Origin: Obrimoposthia wandeli
Taxonomy: Eukaryota
Direction: 5' to 3'
DNA length: 64,000 nucleotides
Assembly (NCBI GenBank): GCA_977020255.1
Contig: CDROCS010000452.1
Location: 62,001 to 126,000 of the forward strand
In this document: piece after piece, positions 1-13,928 of the stretch
Numbering within the stretch: the first letter of the stretch is position 1
Layout: every line of letters starts with the position of its first letter
The notes under the pieces: generated by a model
Told to the model about the DNA's origin: nothing
What the model saw: only the letters and a program-made list of their open reading frames with translations
Databases searched by the model: none
Position numbers and translations under genes: made by a program

Positions 1-3000
1 TTTATCAAACATATTTAACTACTGAGATAACTTAATTTGATTCAAAACATTATTTTCAAACATATTTATTGTTTAATATTTATGCTTATCAATTAAATCG
101 CTTACAATAAATTTTAAACTAAGCCATCAAAATTATATTCAAATTAAAAACAGTTAATTAAAGATTGTGCTTATATTCGAAATGTATCATCTCACAAAAG
201 CCCAAGTATTAGTATGATCTTCTCGAGCCTGGAGCAGTGAGCATATACATACATTTTAGGATCAACAATTATGTCTACAATGTTAGGAATTAGGAATTTA
301 ATATTTTTTTAAAGTAATTATTATTTATATAAGAATATAAAACATTGAAAGCAAGGTGTAAAGAATAAATAATTAAATTAGAATTAAAATTAAAATTAAA
401 TGTAATAAAATCCAAAAGTATTTTACGACCTTGAAAGGTTATGTCTGGTGTGAGATATGTATAAAAGTTTAGGGACCCAAAAAATATAGAGTGCAACTAG
501 CAAGAAGAATTAAGAAGAGAAAAGGCACTCAAGAAAAATAATTAAGTAATCAGAGAAGAAAGATATATACTGCACTTAGCAAGAAGAAGCAAAAAGAGAA
601 GGCACGTACGAAAAGAGAGAACAAAGTGCTCTAAGAAGAAGTGAATTTCGCTGGGAATTTATCCAACTGACGTGAAATCTGCGACCCTAAGTGCTGTTTG
701 TAGATTCCTGGGAATTGGCCAGCTGACATTCATCCAACCCAGTAAGGTAAGTGCCACCTAGTTAAATGGTATCACTTAATTATTTTCGTTTAGGAAGTAT
801 ATAAACGAAGGCAAAAAACGAGAATCGCCACAAATTAAACGCAGAAAATCCGAACGCAATCCAGCAGTAATCCAGTCGTAAAAGCAAAAGCGACACGAAA
901 ATCAAAAGAGAAAAAAAAAAGTTACAAGGTGAACTGAACCAGTAGAGATTCGAGACATAACGAGAAAGGACACACTTCACAAGGAATTCGGCAGGACCGA
1001 CGATCAACTATCTGAAACTAGGAGAACAATCGGACAGATCGCGTCGACAAGCCAGCTCGAACTCGCTCGTCCCGGAGATCTGCCAGCACGTGCAAGGAAT
1101 CGGACCAGGGCGGACTTGGACTCGATGACGTCCATAAATATTGGTGAGGCATGAATCCTAATCTAGAGTTTGAAGTAATTTTGTGAAAGATCATTTTCGG
1201 TAAAAGTAAATCGTAATCTAGAGTTTGAAATAATTTTGTGAACTATAATTTTCATAAAAACATGAATTGCTCGTATATTTCATTAAAATTGAATTCGTTC
1301 GTATATTATTTTATTGTTGATAAAAGACAAATTAAAGTTAAGTAAAATAATTTTGAATTTTAACATTGAGTTAGAACAAGTTTGAATTTGAGCAAATCTC
1401 ACCGGACGTAGAACTCGTAAAATTGTAAGGCCCGATTAAAATCAATACGCCAAGATATCCCCAATGTGTGAAGTTTAGTGCAGTAATTAGGACTAGTTAT
1501 TGTAATTTTTAGGAACGTAGTTAGAATGTGTTTAGAGAATAAAGTTTTCATACAATTAAGCAGTGTTGTTTTGAACGAACACTTACAATCAGGCAAGTAA
1601 CAACCCTCCATATACTACACCACAATAAGGAAAATTTTTCAGTACCCTGTGCACACAACTGCTTACACATCTCCCACGCTACAGACTAAAAAACAAACCC
1701 TTTAGATTGAGACTAACTTAAGTAGGATAAATCTAAATAATAAATCCATCAGTAAGCCCTATTGCTATAGAACTCACGTTGGGGGCCTCCATCCGAGGAT
1801 CTATCTAGTAGTTTCATATAGAAACCCCAACAACAGAATAGTTAGGAATTTCTCAAATAACAAATCAAACAACGGAATAATCTTTGCAAAAATTTATAAG
1901 ATATTATCGCTATATTAAATATGTTAATGTTGCTTTAATTATATTGCGCCCACTTTTTTTTCGTTCCTTTAATTAGACAGTTACTGTTTTTGAACTTATC
2001 TGTGATTCTTATGAATAAGCACTCTCATTTCGCATCTTAAATTGTAAAATAATTAATATTTATCTGTCGTTTGTAAATATCAACACATTTTTAAATTAAT
2101 TATTTATTTTTTCTGAACTAGTGTTATTATTTTCTATATCAAATATGAAAGGAATTTTAGAGAGTATCGCAATAAAAATAAAATAATTGTTTCATATTTT
2201 CTTTATTTAAAATTCACGTCATTTTCTTCACTTATTACTTATTAAATCAGCCACACTAATATTTTTACCTCATATTAATGTTATTATAATACATATATTG
2301 AACCATAATTACCATTGTAGCTGCTACCATTTTGTCGAATGATTATTTCTCATGTGCAAGATGATGCTTCCGGAAGTGCTTTATATGAAGACTGATATAA
2401 TTTTAATAATTTTTATTGTATGTTGCTGATTTTGGTATTTATTAATATGTAAAATTTTGTTGTATTACAATAAGTAGTTACAGAGTAAAAGGTACATAAA
2501 CATGGTGTTTTTTCTTAACCATTAAAATAAGTTAGTCTAGTGCCCTTAACACATAAATCTAAACACATAATATATTATTTCAACAGTGTCATACCTGATT
2601 AATACACATTGGCTATTTATAGCCTAATCAAATCAGTGTGTAATTGCAAACAAAGAACTGTAACATACAAAGACCGGACTTTAAAAGGCTCATTCAAATC
2701 TCAGTTGGTATCAGCCAAACATGCACCCAATTCACATTGGAAAATATTAATTATTACACGTAAATATTAAAATAAGCAAATCCTTACATAAACTTCTACC
2801 AATCCTTACTCAACTAATTCCAATACTCAAATTGACATAAATCCCGTATGAAACTGGATTTGACTTGCAGTGATTGTAATTTCTGGCTTTATTTCCTTAT
2901 TTATGAGCCTTTTTCGACGAATTGAAATTAAACTGTCTGATTTTTTAAATTAGCAGTGAATTACGATTACTGGATGATAGGAAAAATTGAATTATTTTTT

Positions 3001-3326
3001 CATAGCTGATTAGACGTTTATTTTATAGATTTTTGCAGATATTTTAAATTGTATGCAAAATAAGGATATTTTCAAACCAGCGTTTTAATTTTTATTAAAG
3101 TTAGTATGTAGTTGTTAACTTTTATTATATTTAATTGTATATTTTAAGTCAATATTCAAAAATGAAATGAGATGTGAACCTCAAAGTAGTTATGAAATTT
3201 TAACAGTGCTTGTAATGTATCTTGAAATAATACTTATGCGTAGTAAATCGAGTTTGCTAAATAGAAGAGTAACCTAAATGAACACAGGCTATATCTATCC
3301 TTGACAAGTAGTTTGTTTCAACTCAC

Positions 3327-3624
3327 ACTTCACAAATGCGTAGGGTCCAACTGAAGACGACCCATATGAAGAGGATGAATAGCATCAGCATTGTGCCCGG
3401 ACTCGTGGTCATGACTTTCTTCAGCACGAAGCTAATGTTGAAGCTGACTTTGTTCATGGCTCCTATACTACGGGATCCCGCGTCACTGAACAGCTTGCTG
3501 TGTAGCAGTATAACACGCAGAATCAGATAGAGCCTCAGAACCATGGGCAGCGACAGTACTATGTTGATGCTGATGTCGCGCTCTGGCTCCTCTTCCCTGA
3601 CACGCCATTTGAAGGTCCAGTTGC
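3327..3624 (-). CDS. KCNN: SK/KCNN channel exon (S3-S4 linker, S4, S4-S5 linker, S5)
   Basis: Translates to GNWTFKW...LSLPMVLRLYLILRVILLHSKLFSDAGSRSIGAMNKVSFNISFVLKKVMTTSPGTMLMLFILFIWVVFSWTLRICE, matching the SK motif LRLYL..RV.LLHSKLF.DA.SRSIGA.N. Acceptor ttgccag|GC (phase 1) fits the upstream exon; donor GT|gtgagt. Confidence 0.95.
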
Positions 3625-4038
3625 CTGGCAACGTAATTAACAACATAAAATAATAAACATATAATTTTTAGCCACAATAAGTCAAATCTAAAATTTCGCG
3701 TTATTTTAAACGTAAAAAATATTTTTTTATTATACTTATTTTACAAACAAAATTAATAAAATAGTATCTAGATAAAATGATTATTGATAATGATAACTTG
3801 TTTTTTTAATTGGAAAAGTATATATATACTCTCATATCGTAGAGTTAGTATTTTGTCGAAAATTATTTGTTTAAAGAAGCAATTGTCAATAATATTCGAT
3901 TTAAATACATTGTATTTATTGATTTATCTATTTTATAACCCCAGGGAGCAAGAAAAGGTTTGCACGAAGTATCTACAGCAGACTCAATGGGTACCAGTTG
4001 AGGAGTTTTAAAATACCCAATTAAAACTGAATGTCTTA

Positions 4039-4217
4039 CAGTAATTATTCACCTGTAAGGGTATTCATTAAAACATGTTTTTGAGAGAGACCGACACCGA
4101 ATCACTTATAGATGCATTATTTAAAAGCTTGGAAAGGTACTATTATAGGAAAAGCGTGAAATTTTCGGTGACCAGACACCCTTATAGGTGGGACCCCTTA
4201 TAGGTGAATAATTACTG
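4039..4217. mobile_element. Tc1/mariner-superfamily (pogo/Tigger-like) MITE, 179 bp
   Basis: 24-bp TIRs, CAGTAATTATTCACCTGTAAGGGT and ACCCTTATAGGTGAATAATTACTG (1 mismatch), with TA on both flanks. Confidence 0.85.
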
Positions 4218-6636
4218 TAGAAACAATTGTAAATTCCGAAAAAATAATCAAATATGTAATAGCAGATGTGGTTATATAAATTGTAAAATTAATATTTTAT
4301 AATCATACATTCAGCTAAATTTACACAAAAGACTTTTAAGACATTTAATATGAATTACCTCTAAGTTGACCTACATTCCTATAACCTACATTAAATATTT
4401 TACATATACTCTTACAAATTTACTTTCAATTTTTCTAAATACTGGATTGGCCAACGTTTTATTGGTATTGTCTAATTACCAAGATTTCCAATCATATATA
4501 TTTTATTAATAACAATCTGTACAAAATGTAAGCAAGATCGGCTCTTGACTGATGCCAATTTGACCCACGTTTTTGTAAAAAAACTGTAATAAAATAGTGC
4601 TGTATTGATAGAAAGTATTACCGATGTTGTTGTCAATTTAGATTGCAAAAATAGAAAAATACATACAAAACATTAAGCAGTATAAAACATTATAAAAATA
4701 TTACTACTGAATATGTGACCGTGTTACCATACGCATGATATCAGGGATTATAAAATATTAGAATTAAATTATTCTTTAACATTTCTAACAAATATTAACA
4801 TAAAGATTTGCGATGGTTATTTGTTTAACCGATGTATATTGAAGAACTGTCATTAACGTTAATTAATTTAGATTATTTGCGAAAATTTATTATTGTCTAT
4901 CTTCCTGGCACTTTGTAAACAGAATTTGAATAAAAAACTAATCAACTAAGACAAACAATTTCCTTTTTCATATTGTTTCTTTCAGATTGATTATTAGATG
5001 TAAATATTAACGAATTTCTAATGGCTTCTTTTATATTTGTTTTGGAGACTTTTTGACTAAATTCATTCTGACTAATAAGCGGCAAATGAATAAATATTTA
5101 GTTTATATCAAACAATGATTGGTTTTAGCTTAAAATCATAGCATTAATGCAAAATATATAAAAAAACTTTAAATTTGACTTAAAAATCCGAATTTCTTAA
5201 ATGTTTTAGGTATTAAAGTAATTTATACATTTAGAAAATCGGTTAAATCTAAAAATCCAAACGTGTGAATGTAAAAATTGAAAAAACAGTTCAAATTCAT
5301 TTTTGAAATTGGATTTTTATAGAGTGTCTTACTTTTTCAAGGTCTTTGGAGTAACCCTTTAATGACCATACTTTTATGTCATGACAGATTTTAATTAATT
5401 TCATAATATTTGTTTAATTTGGTATCATAATTCTATAAAATTTATTTGATACCAAAAATATAATTGGATCCCCTAATTTTTGAAGTGCTATATACAATAT
5501 GATCAAGATCAGCAGAATTTTCATTCCATAGTCTTATCAGTGGTATCAGATTCTCACAAATCCAGTTCTGTACAACTCAACATTAGGTCCATTTTGCATA
5601 AAAATACTGGAAATGTTTGTCTTGTTGAGATGGTTTTTCAGGATGTCAAAATAAACATTGATTTTAATTTTAATAGAAATACAACTCCCGATCATCATAG
5701 AAGGCGAATGTTTGACCTTTTGGCATGTATATGTGATATTATAACATATGTTATGCGGTCTACTTACAAACATCGTATTTGATCCGAACTGCTTTAAAGA
5801 ATATTAATCAACAAAATAATATTTTCCTAGCATACACGCTAACAATCACACTTCTTACAGAACGATAATCGATCCTGAGCGTTTGCAAGAACTACTTATG
5901 CTTTCTATTTTTAAGTGTTCCTCAAATTTTGACCTGTGTTTTAAAATTTTATAACGATTATTTCTATTTTTAATTCAAGTATTTACAAAATTGTTATGGT
6001 TGGATAAAAACAGATTTTTTATAGGATAATGCAAAAATGTTTTTATTTTATGAACTTTCCGCATTGGCTAGTAATCATTCAGACGATTTGAGCACTGAAA
6101 ACAACATTTTCGTTCCTTTGCAAACAAATAAACATGATTTCCAACATATATGCATATAATGGCGCTTTCTTCATTGTGACGATTGTTATTGTGAAGAGAA
6201 GGTGCTTAGTATTCTTGCAACAACCAATTGGCAAAACCATTTCCTTGAAAATAATACAAAAAATGCGTTTACTCAAATTCAAAATGTGACTTTTTAGTTC
6301 AATTTCGTGACATTCCTTCACTATCTTAAATTATTGTTTTATCAAATATAGTTGAGTCATTGGAAAAATCCACATCTTCATTGACCATTTCAACCTCATT
6401 ATTTGCAAAAAATACCTGTACAGCTCTTTTAGCTGCTTGCTTCTTAGGTTTAACAAAGGTTAGTTTTTTAAATAAATGAATCGTAAACATATATGTATTT
6501 TTTATTAAATTATGATGATTAATGATAAATAATAAAAAATCATATGTTACCTAAATAATTTCAAACATTTAAACATTATATAAACATTCCATGACCAACG
6601 CTTTGGTATTTGTCAAATTTTAACTTGATAAATAAT

Positions 6637-6765
6637 NNNNNNNNNNNNNNNNNNNNNNNNNNNNNNNNNNNNNNNNNNNNNNNNNNNNNNNNNNNNNNNN
6701 NNNNNNNNNNNNNNNNNNNNNNNNNNNNNNNNNNNNNNNNNNNNNNNNNNNNNNNNNNNNNNNNN
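6637..6765. other. Assembly gap (129 N)
   Basis: Run of N in the sequence. Confidence 1.
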
Positions 6766-6769
6766 TAAA

Positions 6770-9350
6770 AATGGGGAAATATTTTAATGTAGGGTCGGAC
6801 CTTTTAGAAAACCTTCATTTATTAATTGACAGTAACAACAACGCATTAATTCCCCACACACAAAACACAACATTTCCAAATCAACACAAAATACAACACA
6901 TAGTCACAAAATCAAACCCACAAACTTAAACTTTTACAAATACATACTCATACACAATGTACAAATTCAAAACTCAACAACACTCCCATCAAAATAGAAA
7001 ACTAACACAACCAGATGCAAAATAGTACCATCAGGATATGCATTCCACGCAAAAGCTGACAACTACCACTAGACAAATTTACGGTCGCAAAAATAATCTT
7101 CGACAACATTTTAACAGAAAAAACATAAGACTTTATAAATCACCTTGGGCATCTGAGAAAAATATAGAGATATAGAGGAAAATGATGTAGAATGGAGATA
7201 TTGCGGAGACTACCGATCCCTGAACACTTTAACAGTTCCCAATACCACTCATTCACGACAGAACAGCAGTAGCAACAATCTTTTCAAACTTATATCTTAA
7301 ATCTGATTATCAACACATCCCCGCCAAAACCACGGACATAGAGTAAACTGTCGTTATCATCTCATTCGGATTATACGAACATTTAAAATTAAAGAATTCA
7401 GCATTTACTTACCAACGCTTTATGAAAACATCTTCGGATACGCCAAGAACGTCATACGCACATCGACAACATACACATAGCTAACCCAAACAGAAAACAA
7501 CATAAAATAACAATATTATAGAAAATAACGAACTAACATTAAACACTAAAAAATGTTCATACAGCAAGGAGAAAATAAACCTTTTAGAATATACTTTGTT
7601 CAAAGATGACATCAGTCCAAATACCATTAAACTCAAAACCGTCTTACAACTACACCCGCCACAGACAGTGAAACAACTACACAGATTACCTTGAATGGTC
7701 AAGTTTAATCATAAATATATTAAAACCTCAGCAGACATATTAGCACTAATAAACGAGATCCTTTAAAACAAAAACTCAAAAATAAAGTTCAACATTCAAC
7801 TCCAAGATTTCAACAACGCTAAAGAAGCACTTAAAACTACCACCACTTTTACAAGGCCTATATACAATGTGGAGATCCATCTAACCACTGACGCATCCAA
7901 CTTAACAACCAGAGCCGTACTGAATCAGATTATCAACAAACAAACGACACTTTCGGCTTTTTTCTCAAAAACACTTAAGACTCACCAAACTAAGTATTCA
8001 ACATACGACTGCAAACTACTACGAATATACCAAGCCATCAAATACTTCGAACACCAACTAATCGAAAAAATATTCACCATATACACAGATCATAAACCAT
8101 TTTTACACACATTACACATGAAAATTCCTTTGCTACAACAACAACTTAAATTAATTACATATCACAATTTAACACAAACATCAGATACATTATAGGCTTC
8201 ACAAAAAGTATCGCTGATACATCAATCAGACCATCCGGCATAGATCAAACATACACCATCAACACTATATACAACGTTTTCTAACCAAACAAACTCATCT
8301 GCAAAGAAAACTTACATGAATTCACAAACAATATATACAATATCACTTTGTGCAACAACATATGGTATGAAAATACAAACGGAAGCCTCGCCAGAATCAT
8401 ACTATCCCGAGAGTTAAACTAGAGGTGCTTTGCACAATTTTATAATATATATCATACAGGAATCAAAGGCACATACCAACTCATAAAACACCACCTCTTA
8501 TGACCCAACATGAAAAAGACACATAAAACTTCATCAAATCAGGTTCATCATGCAATATTTACAAATCACAGAAACACACTATCACAAAAACTTAAATGCA
8601 ACCAGCGATACACCTTACCCCAGACCTTGTAAGACCACTACCACTACATAGAACATATTCACACTTACTCACAATTATAGATAAAACATTAATTAGTACA
8701 GAGCCATACCCATCAAAAACGTATTAATACAAAGCATAATAAATAAAAAACATACACAGTTGTGAACTCTATTCGGATTTGCGACAAAGATCAAAACAGA
8801 CTAAGGACGACAATTCATCAGCAAAAAGTTCAACAAATATTGTAAAAGCCATCACAACGTACATGTACAACCCACAATCCAACCGTAAAATCGAACGATT
8901 AAACCGAAGCATCACAGAGTTAAGCATGTTTACAACAACCACACAACTGACCTAACACTATTCACACAATCATGACGAGAATACGCAACACACCTCACAA
9001 TAAAGACAACAAAAGCCCATCATATCGAACATTCAAAAACAACATTTCATGAATAACAACGACATAAACAAAACACAAAAATACATAAAACGTCATCCCC
9101 ATACATTCATCAAAGTTTCCCCATATTCCCCATACACCCGTCAACTGGAACCAAAATATGCTGGACCGTACAATATCAAACAATAAAACAACAATAAATA
9201 AAATAAATAAAAAACATACACTCATAAATAACTGAAACACAAAAAGCAATAATAGCTTTGAAATACAACAACAACAACAAAATGAAATTCCCACATTAGC
9301 AGCCCATTCAAACAACATACAACTAACCACATCATAAGCTGTACATTACC
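6770..9350 (+). mobile_element. Degenerate Gypsy/Ty3 LTR retrotransposon internal region (RT, RNase H, integrase)
   Basis: RT remnant PQTVKQLHRLP*MVKF; RNase H IHLTTDASN...AFFSKTL...KYSTYD...YTDHKP (ORF 7869-8195); integrase TD*GRQF, YNPQSNRKIERL and LEPKYAGPYNI. RT-RH-INT order is Gypsy-type. Confidence 0.88.
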
Positions 9351-11904
9351 CTATATCATTGACGTGGACAAATTATAAGCATTGTACGAAACTTTATTTT
9401 ACCGTTATTTTACGTTTAGGCCATATTTGTTATAATTGTACCACGATAATTTAAATTTTCTTACTATGTACAATATACAATCATCAAAGGCTTTTACTCT
9501 CTGAAGTCGATTATTCAATCAATAATTATGATGTACATAAATGAAAAGAGTTCTACTGGCTTTGCTGCATTTTAGAAAAACAATTAAACATATTTTAAAT
9601 GAATAGTTTAAATAGTATTTCCATTGTTGTCTTGGATTTTGAGAGACTCACTGATTTCATAACTTATTTTTACCTGTAATGTAGGTCAGCACTTCTAAAA
9701 AATAGCGTTTAAATCAAATTTACTTAAACATTTAATATTTTGGAATAAAAAAATTGACGGTTTATCATACTATAATAGATTTCAAAATAACAACAAATTA
9801 AAATTTTAACGAAAACCATGAATTAATAAAATAGTTTTGAAAAGGAGAACACATATCCTGTATTGTAGCTTTACAGAAAATGGCATACTGAACTGTCTCT
9901 GTTTTCTGTAAAAAAGCAATGGTAGATAAAATAATCCAATTAGATGAAATTTTGGACGATACATTTATTAAGTTTTTTCGTTTGCGATCAGATAAAATAA
10001 TTCTGATCTGCAGCAGGCAGCTCAAGAGAATGCAACTGAACTGGGCATGAATAGGATAAATCGACGGAAAAAGTAACAATATTGTAGCTACTTCGGTAGA
10101 CGAGGTTAGAGCGAATGATTGGCTTAATAACAGTTTGCCATTACAGTTTACAGAATTTCTATCCCAGATCATATTGAATCGCAACGAAACGGAAGTATAT
10201 TTTAATTAATGTTTTTTTTATTTATATCCTTTACTTCAGTTGTTTGTCCGATCGAACACATAAATTTCAGAATGAAACTGGTGTTTGTAGAAAGTTATCA
10301 AAGGAGCGACTAACTGATATGGCTACAGCGATAGAGGTCTTTGATAGCCATCGGTAAGAATGCGTGGTCTCGATGTGCTACGGGAATCAAAACGATGAAT
10401 GAAAATATCTCATTTTTAGATAAATTGACCTGCCACAATTAAAAGTCTAAACCATCAGTGTCAGATTCAAATATTGGAATTCGGTATCTGTTTTTCAAAT
10501 CTCTTATCTAAACGTTGTTTTAATAAAACTCAATTTTCAAAGTTGTACTGCCTAGAACATGACTTTGATATGAGGAAATTCTTATTAGATCACGTCTTTT
10601 GTACAATTTTCTGAATGTACATTGTACTTGATTATTTTATTCAAATGATGGGTACTAAATTCGACAGTTTCACAACTAATTATCTTCTAAATATACTTCA
10701 GAGGGTTATAAAATAAGTCACAGACAAATGTAATGTTTTTATTTTTGCACAGCATTCAAATTGAATTGAATTGTTAAAAAAACAGTTTTGGCGTAAAATA
10801 TCAATTTAATAAAATGTTAAAAACAAGCATCAGTCATATCCAAACGATGTATATAATATGAAAATACCTTACTACCGAGATAGCTACAATGGTAACGAAT
10901 GCGATTATTACACCAAGACTTGATTTTTAATTTTATTTTTTGTTTAGTAATAATCTTATTAATTAAATAGGTCACAGAACATTTTAAATTAAAGAAAAGT
11001 GCTAGTACATGTAAACACTCAGTGAAGCTACCGGTCAATGTAAGAATGGATTTTAATACCCTAAATATTATCAAAGAAAGAGTATTATCTCACAAAAACC
11101 TGTTTTATCTCTTTTCAAGACTGTTGCAATGAACTTGTATATAAATTAGGGTAAAAAAACTCAAATAACAAACAGAGTGATGTAATAGTTGATATTTATG
11201 CTTTGCGTCTTTACAAAAGTCTTAAAACAATGTTGAAAAATAAAATATATTATTGTTATTCTAGACAATAATTTTTAATTGTTTTATTAGTGCGTGAACT
11301 TTGTTCAGGTCAGCATCTCTCGCACTTTCGATATTTATTCAAAAAGCTTTCTATCTAACAATAACATGATACAGAAATAATTCCCAAATTTACACGAAAC
11401 ATTCAATATGACGATTCACAATGTTTTTCAAAGCGTACTTTCTAGAGTTATTAGTTTAATATCCAAACATAACTATTTAATAATCATTCTGCAATTCATT
11501 TTTAAACCAATTAAAATGCAACTGATAATGTCATAGCGAATTCTAAAGCTCAGGCTTCTAGAAATAAGATGTTTGTCCTCTTTTCTTCTTAATTGCTTGT
11601 AGAATCGTTATAAAGAAATGTATTATTATGATTCTCTAGAATGCAACCCATAGCGTTTTTCATCATTTAACTTTTATTTATAGATTCGCAGCATCCTGTA
11701 ATTAAAAAATATACATATTTTATTGGTGCTTCAAGGCAGCATAACGTTTCATATATTACGATATAACGAACAAGGACGTGTTTATGTCACTTACATTCTC
11801 AGTAAGAATTTTATTCTGAAAATAATACCCAGAGATTCAAAGTAAAATGAAGAAATTTGTAGAAAATATCAATAGAAATTATAATATATCTCAACGTTCC
11901 TCAC

Positions 11905-12013
11905 CCGGAATAGGTTGGATACTGCAAACAATGACCTCTAGACTCATTTGAGCGACCCTTTGCCAGGTCACTGCGATTCGCCAATCTTCTATGGCGTCGT
12001 CCCATGAAAATAT
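11905..12013 (-). CDS. KCNN: SK/KCNN channel exon (S2-S3 loop, S3)
   Basis: IFSWDDAIEDWRIAVTWQRVAQMSLEVIVCSIQPIPG matches the SK motif DWRIAMT...LE..VC.IHPIPG. Acceptor tttgcag|ATA; donor CCG G|gtgagg; 109 nt, phase 0 to 1. Confidence 0.95.
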
Positions 12014-12949
12014 CTGCAAACGCCGAACCATTTTGTTTATCAGTTCGTACTTCATCAAAAATATAACCCGATTAACAATCATAAAAATATAATATATTCT
12101 TGATATATTCGAAAACAAAATATTTAATCAGTTAGTCATAATCTTTAAATAAAATTCAGCTAAATCTAATTTAAAACAGCACCGAATCAGCACTTTTTTG
12201 TAAAAATATTAAGAGTTAATTCGTCTAACATTATTTTTGCTCATCAAAAAATATAAAATGAAGTCGAGGTAATTTTGGATTTATTTATATAAAACATTGT
12301 TACTAAGAAATGTACACAATGTTTATTTAGTCAAAAAATAATGTACATTGTGATAATTATGTAGTTCACAACCTATTTCAGAAACAACACGTGACTAATT
12401 GTTTATATTTTATAAACATGAATAATTTATCATATGGTCATCAATAAAATGAAAATATTAAATAATATGACCTTAATAGAAATTTTAAACTTGAACAATA
12501 AAGCAAGTAAAGATCAAATTAATTTTTTAGGCTCGACCATTGGAAATAATTTTATAAAAAAACGTTGTTTGATAACCTTATCTAAAACTGACATCACTTT
12601 TGTTCCTTAACCACAGAATATGTCACAATTTTAAGCATTTCAATTTTGAACGAATTTACGTTTGTGTTTACAACAATAAACAATTTCGTCGACAATTTCG
12701 GTTTGAAATTTAATTAAATCAACGAAATCCAACATTCAAATTTCGTAGAATTCAAGTGATTTATTAATTATTTACAAACCATCGTGCTCGGTCTATTAGT
12801 TTATGACTTCTAAGTTTAGTATTCGGTGAGAATTAATCAGAAGGATGAAAACGTGGCGACGGAATATTTCGAGGAGTTTCGTTCCTTTACTGCACATTAA
12901 TGACCAATCAACAATTTAAAAATACCAAGTTTATATATTTGAATAACAT

Positions 12950-13450
12950 TTATGACTTCGGTGAAGGAAAGGCAATGACTAGTAGGGGGACTTGCTGCCA
13001 AGCATTGCCATGGATCAAGCTAGATGTATTCCAATCAATAATCTGATAGAGGGGAACACATTTCTGGTGCATCCTTTGAAGAAGCTTGATGGTTTACATA
13101 TAATTATATCCTCTATTATCAAATGTGACTAGGAATCAATAAATTATCTTCTGGTAAGGCATACCATGAAAGATTTGACGTCTTGGTTCCTATGGAGGGA
13201 TGATAAAACCATTTCTCGTCGATGAAGATGATCTTATGTGGATAGTTATTTTAGCTAACAACTTCATGAGCAAAATCAACTCTAAAAACCTTTTTGTTCA
13301 TTTGAAATTCGGACATGACACAATGTGTATGAAAGTTGAAAGGTTTCAAATCACGAAGCCCCCTCACAAGGATATAAAATTATATATTGTAACAAATACA
13401 TTTCATAATAATTGACCTTGCTTAGACCCGGTTCAGGAAATTCTTTTCAT
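12950..13450 (-). mobile_element. Tc1/mariner transposase remnant
   Basis: Minus strand 13232-13203 reads IIFIDEKWFY, the first-Asp motif of IS630-Tc1-mariner transposases. The rest is decayed and the limits are approximate. Confidence 0.55.
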
Positions 13451-13832
13451 CTCCCTATTTTCATAATTGTCATTAATGTTTTCGAAACAGAGCTCGAATT
13501 ATTAACTTAAAAGTGTATTTTTTAGTTTACTGACACATTTTTGTGGAATTAAATTACTCTCAATTTGAGTGAAAAAAAACGAATTATTTTATTTTTCCTC
13601 CTTTTGAAATAAACTCTTTAAATGATTAATAATTCTTTAAAAGTAATAACTCGCTAACATATACAGTAAAATAAAGCAATAACTACAATAATACATAAGA
13701 ATGTCAATGTTATTTTTCACCTACTGGTTTCGATAGTTATTAGATTCATAAAAGTTAAGCAATTTTGTATTTGTGTAAATTTGTATAAAAATGTGTGAAA
13801 AAGTAAAACAAATCAGTGCGACCTGGTTGTAC

Positions 13833-13928
13833 CTTTATCTCCATAACATGAAAGCCCATTATCAATCCGACTAGTATGATGGTTGATATGATCATGAGGA
13901 TTTTCAAGATGGTGGAGTACACAGATAA
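13833..13928 (-). CDS. KCNN: SK/KCNN channel exon (S2)
   Basis: Not in the ORF track; found manually. ttttcattcag|TTA...AAG|gtacaa, 96 nt, LSVYSTILKILMIISTIILVGLIMGFHVMEIK (compare SK S.YS..LK.LIS.ST.IL.GLI..YH..EIQ). Phase 0/0 fits both neighbours. Confidence 0.92.

Noticed and set aside
1440-1480. HWGYLG on the minus strand as a possible SK pore exon
   Set aside because: No GYGD or TFLSIG context and no suitable splice sites. The pore exon was not found in 1-3326.
3336-3677. ORFs 3336-3530 (+) and 3483-3677 (-)
   Set aside because: These are antisense or off-frame shadows of the SK exon.
5350-6400. piggyBac-like element suggested by TAACCCTTTAATGACC
   Set aside because: No convincing transposase motif in any frame and no partner TIR; the region is cut by the N gap.
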